Shown: positions 1 to 12,519 of the stretch, piece by piece
Numbering within the stretch: position 1 is the stretch's first letter
Layout of the letters: every line of letters starts with the position of its first letter
NCBI GenBank assembly: GCA_964016885.1
Contig: OZ024743.1
Location: 67,208,001-67,272,000, forward strand
Length of the DNA stretch: 64,000 nucleotides
Direction of reading: 5' to 3'
Origin: Eledone cirrhosa
Lineage: Eukaryota
Notes under the pieces: model-generated
Database searches by the model: none
The model's input: the letters and a program-made list of their open reading frames with translations, nothing else
What the model was told of the DNA's origin: nothing
Translations under genes and position numbers: made by a program

Positions 1-302
1 AGGACTAAAAACAAAACCTGTCAAAGGGCAAAGGAGCTCTTAAGAGTCAATGGCCATCCAAAATCACCGGGAGAGATGACCCCTTAGCCTTTGTTAAGGC
101 AGAATTCTAGAAGGAAAACTCTGATATAACACCTGCAACCCATCGGTTTGCAGTTCTACCTGAGACTACTCCACTTACTGTCTCTTTACTAAATGTCAGT
201 GGTTGGGCTTCAGGTTAGCGACCTGTTCCCGGAACAAACTCTCCTGCTACGAAAACAATTCATAGTGCATCAGATTTAAATTCCAAGCAGTCAGGAGAAC
301 GG

Positions 303-1110
303 TTGCCTCTAACCGGAGATTGTATGACGGGTGTCGGCGAAAGTCTCAATGAGGAAGCCGACATCCTGAGGACCAGAATTCTGTCTGCAAAAACAACCAC
401 ACGTATTGGATATTGGAACATAAGAACTATGTACCAACCATCCAAACTTGCGCAAGTTATCGGAGAAATGCAGGCCTACAAAATTAACATCCTGGGCCTC
501 AGCGAGGTCCGCTGGACTGACTCTTGGAAGTTTGTCCATGAAAACAAGACCATCCTGTTCTCAGGCCGTCAGAACGGGACCCGCCGAGATGGAGTTGCAA
601 TCATCATGGACAGGGCTGCCAGTGGTGCCCTTGAGGAGTGGACTCCTATCAACGAACGCCTAATGACAGCAAGATTCACCACATCACATGCAAAGGTCAC
701 CATAGCTCAGTGCTATGCTCCAACCAACGAACATAACGATGATGACAAGGACGCTCTCTACCAGCAACTACAAGATGTTGTAAACAAAACCCCACGTCAT
801 GACATCCTGATCATCATGGGAGACATGAACGCACAGATCGGGGGAAGCAGGGTTGGCTTTGAACATGTCCTTGGTCCCCATGTTTATGGAAACCGCACGG
901 ACAACGGGGACAGGTTTGTCCAGTTCTGTGCCATGAACAATATGAAAATCGGCTCGTCACTATTTGACACAAGGTCACATGGGCTTCGAACGACCACAGG
1001 ACCAAGACGCAAATAGACGACATTGCGATTGGCCCAAGTTGGAGAGCTCCTTGCCTGCAGGACGTCTGAGTCTACCGGGGCGCAGAGGTCTGCAGTGACC
1101 ACTATCTGTC
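303..1110 (+). pseudogene. AP endonuclease domain of the RTE element (frameshift near 970)
   Basis: Motifs IGYWNIRT, LGLSEVRW, GVAI, QCYAPT, IMGDMNAQ and NGDRF; IDDIAI and SDH continue in a shifted frame at about 1013-1105. Confidence 0.9.
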
Positions 1111-1820
1111 TGTTACCAAACTTAAAATCAGACTGAGGAAGCAGAAGAAGAGAGCACTCACTACAAGGCGTTTTGACACTACCAAGCTGAAGAACGGTGA
1201 CACAGAAGCACAGTTCGAGGCTGCTCTGAGGAACAGATTTGCTGTCCTTGAGGAGTCTGCACCAGGCTCGGTCAATTGGTGGGAGGAAATGAAGAAGACC
1301 ATGGAAGCTGCAGGGGAAGAAATCCTGGGCTACAGGAAGTCCCTCAGAGAAGCTTGGATCAGCGACAACACCTGGCAGCTGATTAATGAAAGGAAAGCCC
1401 TACACCAGCAGAGGCATGCCACTACCCCAGAGGTATGCCACTACCCCAGAGGCATGCCACTACCCCAGAGGCCATCAAGGTTTTTCAGCAGTATGTTGAC
1501 AAGGACAAGGAGGTGAAACGCAGTGCCCCAAAGGACAAACGAATGTGGCTTGAGGGTAAGGCAGAGGAGGCAGAAGCAGCTGCGGCACGCAATGACATGC
1601 GCTCTGTGTACCAAATTGCCAAGAAAATCACCGGCAGCTCTAGAGCTAACTCAGGCCCGGTGAAAGCGAAAGATGGTACGCTGCTTTCCAAGGGTGAAGA
1701 AAAGTTAGTCAGATGGGCTGAACATTTCAAGGAAGTCCTCAACCGACCGGAGTCACGTGTGCCAGCAGACACTAAGGAACCTACTAGTTTAAAACCCTTA
1801 AGAATAACAAGTCACCAGGT

Positions 1821-3272
1821 ATGGATGGCATTTCTGCTGAAATGCTGAAGTCAGGAGGCGAAAGCATGGTCAAGTGGATGGGCCACTTATGTAATCTTGT
1901 GTGGAACACGGGTGAAGTCCCAGAAGATTGGAGAAACAGAGCGGTTGTCTGTATCCCCAAGAAGGGCAACCTTGCCGATTGTGACAACAGGAGGGGAGTG
2001 ACACTTCTCTCCATACCAGGGAAGGTCTATTGTCTGATGATCCTGAACCGCATACGTGGCATGGTAGAGCGTGAACTGCGAGAACAACAGGCTGGGTTCC
2101 GACCAAAACGTTCCTGTGCAGAGCAGATCTTTACGTTACGCCGCATCATTGAGAGGTACAACGAATTCCAAGGACCCCTCGCCGTCAGCTTCATCGATTT
2201 CTCCAAAGCATTCGATAGCATTCATCGGCCGTCACTCTGGAGCATCATGCATGAGTATGGTCTGCCCCAGAAAGTCATTTCGGCAATCAAACAGATTTAT
2301 GCAAATTCCAAGTGCTGCATACGGACAGAGGATGGTTACAGTGACTGGTTTGAGGTTGTTACTGGTGTGCGTCAAGGTTGCTCGCTCTCTCCAATTCTCT
2401 TTGCCATAGCCATTGACTGGGTACTAACAAGAGCAGCTAAAGACCAGGTTATATCTTGGGTGGGAGAGCAAAAGTTGTCTGACCTGGACTTTGCAGACGA
2501 TATTGTTGCACTTGCAGAGAACACAGCTGACCTGCAAATCATTATGAACAATATCAATGTCGAAGCACGAAGCTTAGGTCTCAATATCAGTGCTAAGAAG
2601 ACCAAAAGCATGTTATCTGGTACACACCCATCACCAACTAGTGTTTTCATTGAACAGGGGGAGGTGGAGATAGTGGACAACTTCACCTACCTAGGAAGCT
2701 CCATTGACAATGGGGGCACCATGGACAGTGAATTGCAATGTAGAATGGAAAAGGCTTCAGCAGCATTTAACCAGCTTGTCAAGATCTGGAAGAACAGGAA
2801 GTTCACCCTCAAAACAAAGATGAGATTCTACAACAGCAACGTGCTGTCCATACTCTTGTACGGAAGTGAAACATGGCACCTTAAGACCAGCCAAGAGAAG
2901 AAGTTGGACGCATTCGATTCCAGGTGTCTGCGAAAGATCCTGGGGATTAAATGGAGTGACCATGTAACAAACCAGGAAGTCAGGAACCGCACCAACCAGC
3001 AGCTGGTCTCTTCTGCCATCTGCAAGCGACGCATGGGCTGGTTTGGGCACGCTTTGAGACTTCCCCCGGAGAGACTGGCGAACCAAGTACTTAAACGGAA
3101 CCCACAGGGAAGCAGACGGAGAGGGCGACCCAAAATGAACTGGCGCCAGACAGTTGAGAGGGACCTGCGAGCGACAAGCAGACAATGGCGGGACGCTGTG
3201 CAACTGGCTGCTGACCGAACGCGATGGAACACTATGATTGCCTCATGCGTCGCAAGATGCGGGAGCTTCTGA
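1821..3272 (+). CDS. Reverse transcriptase portion of the RTE element (open 483 aa, but the upstream part of the ORF is broken)
   Basis: Motifs PKKG, QAGFRP, FIDFSKAFDS, GVRQGCSLSP, DFADD and FTYLGS. Confidence 0.92.
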   Translation: MDGISAEMLKSGGESMVKWMGHLCNLVWNTGEVPEDWRNRAVVCIPKKGNLADCDNRRGVTLLSIPGKVYCLMILNRIRGMVERELREQQAGFRPKRSCAEQIFTLRRIIERYNEFQGPLAVSFIDFSKAFDSIHRPSLWSIMHEYGLPQKVISAIKQIYANSKCCIRTEDGYSDWFEVVTGVRQGCSLSPILFAIAIDWVLTRAAKDQVISWVGEQKLSDLDFADDIVALAENTADLQIIMNNINVEARSLGLNISAKKTKSMLSGTHPSPTSVFIEQGEVEIVDNFTYLGSSIDNGGTMDSELQCRMEKASAAFNQLVKIWKNRKFTLKTKMRFYNSNVLSILLYGSETWHLKTSQEKKLDAFDSRCLRKILGIKWSDHVTNQEVRNRTNQQLVSSAICKRRMGWFGHALRLPPERLANQVLKRNPQGSRRRGRPKMNWRQTVERDLRATSRQWRDAVQLAADRTRWNTMIASCVARCGSF

Positions 3273-3277
3273 GTCTG

Positions 3278-3331
<54 letters not shown>

Positions 3332-4544
3332 AAAAATTGAACGGGAACAAAACAGAGAGGCAGTACGAACAAAGGTTTATTAGTTTCACGCCCTTGAGAG
3401 TGGGATATATATATATATAACAGTGACTGCACCAATGTGTTTGTGTGTACATGCATATATATCATTGCATTCACATGTGCACTAAAAATTGTTATTCTTA
3501 TCAAACTACTTTTTTTTTACAAAATTACAAAACAAAAATAGTTCAACAACAACAACAACAGCAGTAGTGACCTATTAACATTAATACATCAGCCTTTCGT
3601 AAAGAAGCCAAGAATGAGAATTCTCGATTAAGAAATCTAGCATTCCTGTATTTAACATGAGAAAAACCAAAAGAAAGTCACACGCCAATACATTAACAAG
3701 ATAAATAAAATATATGAAAATATAATTAAAAAATACAAATAAAGCCGTCAAACACTATCAGCGCAACACCACCATCGGCGCTCCACCATACCACCATCAC
3801 CAATAACAACACTGATTAAATAAAAATATAACAAAAATCAAGCAGCAGCCAAATACGTTTGCAACAGTTAAGCATATTTTATCTGGGCTATTGTGATATT
3901 TATAGCCGTTTATGTATGGAGCCAAACATCTCACTCCATCCCTTTTCTCTCTCTCTATCTAGCTCTCTCCATCTTTCTGTCTCTGTCCCTCACTCTCTCT
4001 AACTATATGTCCATCCGTACTTATGGATGGACGGACATTAAGAAAGACTCTTTAGAGGAGATTTATCAAAATGCCTATTGTGGTTCTGGTGTTAGTGTGG
4101 TGTTGGTGTTTTACTGGTGTTGGATGGGTTTTGGGGCTTAATGGTTGCTGGTGGTAGTGATGGTGGTGATGGTGATGGTGATGGTGATGGTGGTGATGGT
4201 TCGTGGTGATTTTTGTTAGTGTTTGTGTCTTAATAGTTGTTGCTGATGAGTTGATGTTGGTTGTTTTAGTGGTCATTTTTGGCTGTTTCTTGTGGTATTG
4301 GTGTTTTAATGGTTGCTTATGATGGTGGTGGTGGTGGTGGTATTTGCTTAGGTATTGTTCGTGGTAGTTTTTGTTGGTGTTGTTGCTTTAGTAATTGTTG
4401 ACGGTGTGTTGATGTTGGTTGTTATAGTAGTTGTTGTTGGCTGTTTCTGTTGGTAATGGTATTTTAATGGATGCTGATAGAGACTGGCTGTCGATGTTGT
4501 TGGATTATTGGTTGCTGGTGCTGGTTAGTACTGGTGTTGGCCTA

Positions 4545-5265
4545 ATAATGGTTTCTGATTTAGGCACAAAACCAACAATTTTGGGGTGGGGAAATTCGAT
4601 TAAATCGATCCCAGTGCGTGACTGGTACTTTATTTTATCGAGCCCGTAAAGATGAAAGGCAAAGCTAACACCGGTAGGATTTGAACTCATATAATAAAGG
4701 GCCGTAACTCTATGCAGTGACGCATGGTCTCCGATGCTGCCAATCCACCGCCTTTGTTGGCTTAATAATGGTTTGTGATTTAGACACATGTCCAACAATT
4801 TTTGGGGCGGGGAATGTCGATTAAATCGACCCCAGTGCGTGACTGGTACTTTATTTTATCAACCCCTTGTTGGCTTAATAATTGTTTCTACTTTTTGGCA
4901 CAAGGCCAGCAATTACCCAGTGCATTACTAGTACTTTATTTTATCGACCCCGTAAGGATGAAAGGCAAAGTTAACCTCGGCGGGATTTGAACTCAGAATG
5001 GCAAAGGCCGTAACTCTATGCGTCAAAGCATGGCGTCCGACGCTCTACCGATACTGCCAATCCACCGCAGTAGTTGGCTTAATAATTGTTTCTATTTTTG
5101 GCACAAGGCCAGCAATTATTCCAGTGTATTACTGGTACTTTATTTTATCGACCCCGTAAGGATGAAAGGCAAAGTTAACCTCGGCGGGATTTGAACTCAG
5201 ACTATAAAGGGCCGTAACTCTTTGCTGCAAAGCATGGCGTCCGACCCTCTACCGATACTGCCAAA
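4545..5265 (-). mobile_element. Tandem cluster of four tRNA-headed SINE copies (one partial)
   Basis: The minus strand gives an A-box-like TGGCAGTATCGGTAGAGCG, a B-box GAGTTCAAATCCC, a core GCCTTTCATCCTTACGGGGTCGATAAAATAAAGTACCAG and a tail GGCCTTGTGCC...AGAAACAATTATT. From memory the core resembles the Meta/Sauria SINE domain; this was not verified. Confidence 0.88.
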
Positions 5266-6151
5266 TGATTGTCAGTGACATCTGCTGGTGGTGTGTTGTG
5301 ACATAACTGTTGCATGTGGTGGTGTGTTGTTGGTTTTGGTAGCATAGTGGTAGTGTGTCGCATGTGGTGGTGTTGTTTCTGACTGTGTGTATGTTGCTAG
5401 TGACTTGATAGTGGTGGTTAACTGTCATATACCCTACTTGATGGAAGCTCTTATTGGCTTAGTGGGAGATTTTGGTGGCTTAGTAGTTGCTAGTGGTGAC
5501 GTAGGTGGAGAGTTTGCTTATGGGAATTTGGTGGTGGTGGTTAGGTGATGGTGGTTGTGATTTTATTGGAAGATTTCTGGTGATTGGCGTAGGTGGTGGT
5601 TTGGTGGGTGCTTTTGATAAATTATCTAAGTGACTTACTTAAATCTACATATCTCTACACAACAACTACAACGAAGATACCCATAATGGACACTGCCATT
5701 CATCATCAATATTACTACAAACACCATCACCAATATCCCCACCTACACATTCACCGACATCACTACCGGCCCCACTACCAGCTACAAGATTGCTGTTCCC
5801 ACCAATACCACACCCTACGAACAACACAATCAACTCCATCAATGCTACAGTTGCTACAACCATGAACACCACCACCAAGAACACGACAACAATGATAAGA
5901 ACCACTACCAAGAACAGTAACTCATGTACACATATATCATACATAGCATACCACTATACCATGCTGTATACACACTCAGTGAAGCAATGGTTGGTTGCTT
6001 CATTGCTTGATTAGTTGCTTGCTGAATAGTTTGATTGGTTGCTTTCTTGCTTAGTTGCGTGTGTGTGTGTATATATATATATACATAATACATACGTATA
6101 CATACACATATATATATATACATACACACATAAATATACATACGTACATAC

Positions 6152-6183
<32 letters not shown>

Positions 6184-6699
6184 ATACACACACAAGTCTG
6201 TTACAAATCTGATGTGATGACTCATCTATAACATTTTACATAAAATATAGATTGATCAGTGTGATAAGATGGATGGGTTATGCTTTATCAAACACATGTA
6301 CAAACACCATACACACAGTCACACACACATACATATATATGTATATACATATAGTTCAATGTGACATCTATAACTCAGATACGATTAGATAGTCAGATAT
6401 AGCATTCTTATGCACATGTGTGTGCTTGTTGACCTATAACACAATATCTTAGAAATGGTGCTTGGCACACACACACACAAGCAACGTGAAATAAATTGTC
6501 TTAGCAAAGGAGGCAACATAGAGCCGACGATCAATTTTACGATCATAAGATCATACCCTAGATCGACACGACTCTTCCTAGACAAACATGTAAAATATAA
6601 GGTACTAGCAGAGGCACCCAGCGTTGCCCGGTATAACTCTCAATGGAGTAGTCGTCCAAATAAACCGAAAGACTTCCGTTAAACACGACTATAGAAGTA

Positions 6700-7095
6700 A
6701 CAATTTATAGGTGTTGGCCCTAAAGAGGGCCTTTGAACGTTGACTTTGAAATATCTCTGCGGCGGTGCTGCCAGCAAAGACGAATCCGATGGTAACAATT
6801 TAAAGTTGGTGGCCCTAAAGAGAGCCTGGGATCGTTCAATCTTAAAAGTCTCAGCGGCGGTGCTACAAGCAAAGACGAATCCAGCGATAACAATTTTTAG
6901 TTGGTGGCCCTGAAGAGGACCTTTTTAACGTTCACTTTGAAATATCTCAGCGGCGGTGCTGCCAGCAAAGACGAATCCGATGGTAACAATTTAAACTTGG
7001 TGGCCCTGAAGAGGGCCTTGGATCGTTCACTCTTAAAAGTCCCAGTGGCGGAGCTGTTAGCTAAGACGACTCCGATTAGAGGTGGTGGCCCTTAA
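6700..7095. repeat. About 95-bp tandem repeat (about 4.5 units, alternating subtypes) in the Helitron 3' region
   Basis: TGGCCCT(A/G/T)AAGA recurs near 6715, 6810, 6905, 7001 and 7086, with CAAAGACGAATCC between occurrences. Confidence 0.85.
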
Positions 7096-7473
7096 GAAGT
7101 TATTCACACCACTTTGGTGTGTCGTATTTGCTTTGCTTGTTATTTGAGATTCTAACCTAGAAAAGCATGTAACAGTCGGTGGCCACAAAAACGGCCTTGG
7201 TAAGATCACGCTGGAATGTTAAAAAAGTGTGTAAATAAGATGGAGGGAAAAGTAGATTAATTAGGTTAAAACTACGGAACATCGATAGCAAAGCGTAATA
7301 GCAACATATAAATGCGTAAAACGGAGACATTGAACATTTATGACATATAGCAAAAGCAACCTCAGAGGCGTACGTGGTATTGTCAAAAGGACAAAAAATA
7401 GCACTTGAATACAGCAATTGTAAGCACTTATACTAAAAAAAAAAACAGCGATTACTTGTTAGCGGATGGGTGC

Positions 7474-8440
7474 CTACAAAACTTCCTTATAGACTATATT
7501 TTGGGTTTTCTCGAGAGTTGCAAAAGCAAATAGGTTATGTCGGCTCCCCACTCGAGAGCAGCCAACATATAGTTGATCATGGGAGAAGCACGGTTCTTCT
7601 AAATTAAACCCTACGACTGTCAGCGTTTGACCCTGCGATTTGTTAATCGAGATGGCGAAACTGAGCCCGAGAGGGAATTGAGACTTGCTGAATGTGAAAG
7701 GAATGTCTTTACCGGATGGAATGAGAGGTATCCTTGGTATGAAGACAGTATTCCCCTTACACATCCTGTAAATATTGTTGCCTCAATAACATGAGGCACC
7801 ACCTTTGGACGACCAGATGCGTGCCGTTGGAAAGCCTTCGGGGTTACAAATTCCTGAGGAGCATGACAGGGATACCTTTCTTAAGTCGCAGTAAGTGCGG
7901 TTGCAATTCGGGAGGGGAGGGTCTAGGGAGTTAAGTAATTATATGGGGTAATTAACAACTTCGTCCGGATCAGCCATAGAGTCAAGGGACTTGTAGACGT
8001 GCAGGTTTCCAGGCAAGCACAGACAGTCGGAGGAGGGGTCGTAGTTAAAGGCCTTCAACAACCATCGTGAATTGCAAGTCCTAGAAATGCAACGTAACGA
8101 TGATCGCCGCTGTTCTCTTTGCAGAAGTCGGCCACGTCGTTGCTCTATGGTTTCAGTATTTCGTGCAGCAGCTGTGGCAGCGGCGTACCAGCTTCGTCGA
8201 ACGGCGCGTCGTCCTTCATCCTCTCGAGCACGAGCAGCGGCTGTTACAGTGGCGTCCCTGCTTCGTCGAACGACACGTCGTCCTTCATCCTCCGCTCCTG
8301 CAGCTGCCGTCTGCACAACATTCTGTGAGAGCCTGATCGCAGTCGCATTTACATCTTCGGTGAGACGCCTTCTCTTAGACCTACTTGCATCATTAGATAA
8401 TCGACCAATGAAAGTTCTTTTCGGGTGGGGGGGGGGGGTA
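7474..8440 (-). pseudogene. Helitron RepHel remnant: N-terminal R/E/A-rich repeats fused to the PIF1 helicase C-terminus
   Basis: FIPRIPL, QFPLGLSFAISINKSQGQTL, FSHDQLYVGCSRV and NIVYKEVL at 7474-7764; LRLKKGIPVMLLRNL at about 7850-7895; N-terminal ARAREDEGRR repeats and AFNYDP. Confidence 0.88.
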
Positions 8441-11353
8441 TTTTTAGAAAATTAACCAGGGAGAACAATAAATAGTGGACAAATAACGGTTAAGTAAGCA
8501 AATCTAAACACGGATATAAATTGTGAAAAAATGTGATAAATCTATGTGGTCTGAGAAAGTGGGTATGTTTTACAAGATTTTGTGTAACAGTCAAATTTCA
8601 GGTTCTAAGTTAGGGGCAACGCAGCGTACGGACTACCTGTGATAAAAGGAAATTAAATAGTGTGGCTACAGTGGTAGGTATATAAGTGTCTGTATGTTTG
8701 TTCAGTTCGAACATAGCATTAAGTAAGTACTAAACATTGAAAGGATACAGGCAAAAATGGCCGAAAAATCATAGCATGATAAACTGGAACCTTATGACCA
8801 TAAACACATTAACTAAACTTCCTTTAAGGTGACAAATGTTGAAGAAGCATGCGTTTCAGAAACATGGGGTAGCTTATGAGAATACGCATGTAAAAAAACC
8901 TACCACTTGTCAAAAGCCAAAAAAGAAGTGTGATCCTAGGTTGGACTTGACCGATATAAATAGGAGTGATTTTGCTCAATGAACGACACTCGAGTTGTCT
9001 GATTGGTTAGATAATACAAATAAGTGTGATGAAATCTACTGAACACAACTCACTGATGTGTGGTTGGCCAGAGGTCGCCATTTCGCACTTAATTGAGGTG
9101 CTTTTAAACGGGGGAGACAACCGGGTGCAAAAACTAATCACTCATTCGCACAGTTTAGGCATGAGTGTGAAATAGCACAATCCACAATCCAGTAGGCATT
9201 AAAATTTACACCTGGGTTAAATCGTGCTTTCTTGGTTAGGAGTGTGAAATGACGCCAAAGTTCAAGGAAAATAATTTAACTCCCCATTCCGCACTTAATT
9301 GTGGTGCAATTACACAGGGGAGACAACCGGGTTCAAAATTAAATTCAATCATCCTAAAGTTAACTAAACAAACTAAAGTTAAGTCAGGGGATTTAAAAAT
9401 TCGCTACTCCATTTGTAGGACATGAGTAACCGATACGTCAACTTTCGTTTAAATTGACTTTTATTTCCAGAAGTTGAAATGCTTTGCTGCGACGATAATA
9501 TGAACTTTAAAAGTGGTCTAAAGGTGTTCACTGCCCACCCTAAGGGGTTGCCTTGCAAAATTGAAGTGATAATGAATGTGTGGTGCTTTATCTTATGGCA
9601 GGCAATAACCATTTCGTTTAGTTTTTGTAAGAATCAAGTATAAACTCCCGAGGTTATGGTGCTTTTTTATTGTGACAGTTTGAACTTTTATAGGTTTGGA
9701 TTGGGCCCATTGTCCCCGAGGGGGTCCTCTTGCAGAATTGAAATGACAGTAAATGTGCCTCACTGTATCTTCATCTGTAGTACATGAATAACAACTAAGT
9801 CGAAATTCGTTTTATTGGACTACCAATTATCGAAGGTATGACGCTTTGCTGCATTACAATAGCCAAATTCAATAAATGACCCACCGGGGCTTACTGCCCC
9901 CTGGGGGTCCCCTTGCTTGTTCCAAGTATAGAAAGTGTCTTCAACATCATCTTTAGGCAATGGGTAACCAATGTGTCCGGTAAAGTTAAAATCGAACGTA
10001 TACTTCAAAAGTTATCAGGTACTAATACAGTGTTAATGTGAACTTCAATAGATAAATCGAAGGGGATTACTTTTGGTGAAAATGGCAGGCAAACTGCAAG
10101 AATTATGGGGCCTTTATGCAGTAGTACTGCTGACTCCAAGCGAGAGGCTTAAGGGGGTTATCTGCCCCTGGGGTGCTCCACAATCGATGTACGGAAAAAT
10201 AAAATAGCCTACGACGCATAATATGACTTCAGAAACCTATGTATGAAAGTTGGTGCAAATCGGTTGTAAAATGTAGAAATGCATGCGGTTACACAAACAG
10301 ACAGACATCTTCTGTTTTAGTTTGGTGGAGTGGCAAATGTTTTTACATATAGAAAATGAATTCAGAAGATTCTGATCCAGTATTCATTTTTTAAATATTT
10401 AAATTATTTCTGTCGAAATGCTTTACTATTTCTTAATTCTTTATATGTAAAGGTATTTCTAAACTGATCCAATAGACTCGGTTCCATTCTTGTTACACCT
10501 TGTCAGTGAAGTATAGTCAAAGCTATGAACGCAGCTGTCATGCTGCTTGCTAATACAACTCAGATTCCCAGACATACACTTAATAATTTCACAAATCGTT
10601 TAAAAATGTTGACTTCTCGAAATTAATAACAATCCATTTTTAAAGTGTTTTCTTTCCTATTTTTTTTTTCTTGCTGATTGTCTACTCATGAAATAGGTAC
10701 AAGTTTGATTATGAAACAATGACTAGGTCTAAGAGTTGTACATACGAAAAATTATATTTACAAACAAAAATCGAACCATCACCGTAGGACTCATTTTGCC
10801 TACTAAAATCCCAGACACACTGTCACAACTAAATCCCTCTCACTCTTAAGAATATAAAACAGTTTTGTGAATTGCTGAACATTTATCCTTCGCTATATTT
10901 TGGGGTAACGTATTCGCTATATTGTCCACAGGGACATGAAATATTTGCCTGGCAAGCCGAGATTTTCTCTTCTTTGTATTTTGTAATTTATTTCTCGTGA
11001 ATTAATAAACAAAAGTAATTTTTAAAAAGTATCAAAGAAGAAAATATATGAATAACATTTCCTGAAATTATTTCTTCCTTTGTTTGAGTGATGCTAACAA
11101 TTACGACTAGATTATTTTTTTATGTTTTTCTCCAACTAAAAGATAAATTTCAATTATTGGAGAATTTCGTTTTTGTTTCCGTCATTCAATACGTCAGCTC
11201 TTAACTTATTTGTCTTAATTCATGTCATTGGGTTACTTGAGGTTTATAAACACACACACTCACACATATTATATATGTGTGTGAGCGTGTGTGTGTGTGT
11301 GTCTATGTGTGTACACATATATATATATATATATGTGTGTCTGAGTTTGTGTT

Positions 11354-11397
<44 letters not shown>

Positions 11398-11405
11398 AAC
11401 AAACT

Positions 11406-11462
<57 letters not shown>

Positions 11463-11520
11463 TCACACAAACACACACGCACACACATGTGTATATATAT
11501 ATATATGCACACTCGAACAA

Positions 11521-11552
<32 letters not shown>

Positions 11553-11623
11553 TCATACATACATTCACGCAGAAACACACATTATAAACAAATACATAGG
11601 TAAGCACATTATCATAACAATAT

Positions 11624-11807
11624 GAGGGTGGTGAATTGGCAGTAACGGAGGGTTGGATGCCATGCTTTCTAGCATAGTTACATCCCTTTACAGTCTGAGT
11701 TCAAATCCCGCCGAGGTTAACTTTGCCTTTCATCCTTACAGGGTCGATAAAATAAAGTACCAGTAATGTACTGGGTAATTGTTGGCCTTATGCCTAAAGT
11801 AGAAACA
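11624..11807 (+). mobile_element. Full-length tRNA-headed SINE with 16-bp TSD
   Basis: TSD ATTATCATAACAATAT at 11608-11623 and 11808-11823; A/B boxes, core and tail are present. Confidence 0.92.
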
Positions 11808-12315
11808 ATTATCATAACAATATATACACATGTATTCATACATACATACATACATACACGCACACATGAACACATCAATAGAAAATCATCTACACCAACA
11901 AGAGCACGGGCAAAAAATGTACGTAGGCACAATCATCTATACACATATACACACATATGAAGACCAATACGCACACAAGGGTATGCACATGCACAAACAC
12001 GTGTGCACAAAAAACATATGCCCCCCCCCCCCCACACACACACACGCTACTAAGCATGTATAATATATATAGATACAATATTTAAAGTGATGATGACAAT
12101 AAAAGAGACTGAATGAGGAAGAGAAAAGGATTGAACGTGAAGGGGAGAGAGAGAGAGAGATGTTATGTATAGTACATAGGATTTCAAGAAGATTCAAACA
12201 GTGCGTAAAATTTTAAGTCATACACACACATATATATATATATATATACGTTATTCCGGGTTGAATCGGAGGTAACCACAGTCAGTAAGGTACTCAATAC
12301 ATAGCAGAGTATAAC

Positions 12316-12436
12316 AGTTTTAAATAGATGAGATTCTACAGGACTAGAACTGTTTCATTCTTTAGAAATCATCAAGATTCCTGATGATTTCTAAAGAATG
12401 AAACAGTTCTAGTCCTGTAGAATCTCATCTATTTAA

Positions 12437-12440
<4 letters not shown>
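12316..12440. repeat. Perfect inverted repeat with 59-bp arms and a 7-nt spacer (Penelope LTR-like sequence)
   Basis: 12316-12374 is the exact reverse complement of 12382-12440. Confidence 0.92.
12375..12425 (+). ncRNA. Type I hammerhead ribozyme motif
   Basis: AGATTC-CTGATGA-T TTC TAAA GAA T-GAAA-CAG TTCTAGTC CTG-TA-GAATCT. Stem I is 6 bp, the core is intact and the cleavage triplet is GUA; the first stem II position is a U-U mismatch. Confidence 0.65.
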
Positions 12441-12472
<32 letters not shown>

Positions 12473-12519
12473 CTTATTTGTAAAGAAAGAACCGTAACTC
12501 TTGATAGAATCGTAGAGGC

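Larger units (their letters stand above)
1..3280 (+). mobile_element. RTE-clade (RTE/BovB-like) non-LTR retrotransposon, near full length, inactivated; window starts inside its 5' UTR
   Basis: Single APE-RT layout with no ORF1. The C-terminus (RRRGRPKMNWRQTVERDL...AADRTRW) is RTE-like, the 3' UTR is very short and runs into (TA)n, and there are several frameshifts between 960 and 1820. Confidence 0.93.
6605..10319 (-). mobile_element. Internally deleted Helitron
   Basis: The minus-strand 3' end is CCGGGCAACGCTGGG hairpin...CTAG|T at 6631-6605. PIF1 helicase C-terminal motifs lie inside. The 5' region GAAGATGTCTGTCTG matches the second copy at 37031. Confidence 0.88.

Noticed and set aside
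6700-7095. CRISPR-like periodicity (also 40521-40680 and 41030-41910)
   Set aside because: The intervening sequences are homologous to each other rather than unique spacers, the context is eukaryotic, and there are no cas genes.
9379-9612. ORF repeated at 37971-38321
   Set aside because: The similarity reflects two copies of the Helitron non-coding region; no motif was recognised.
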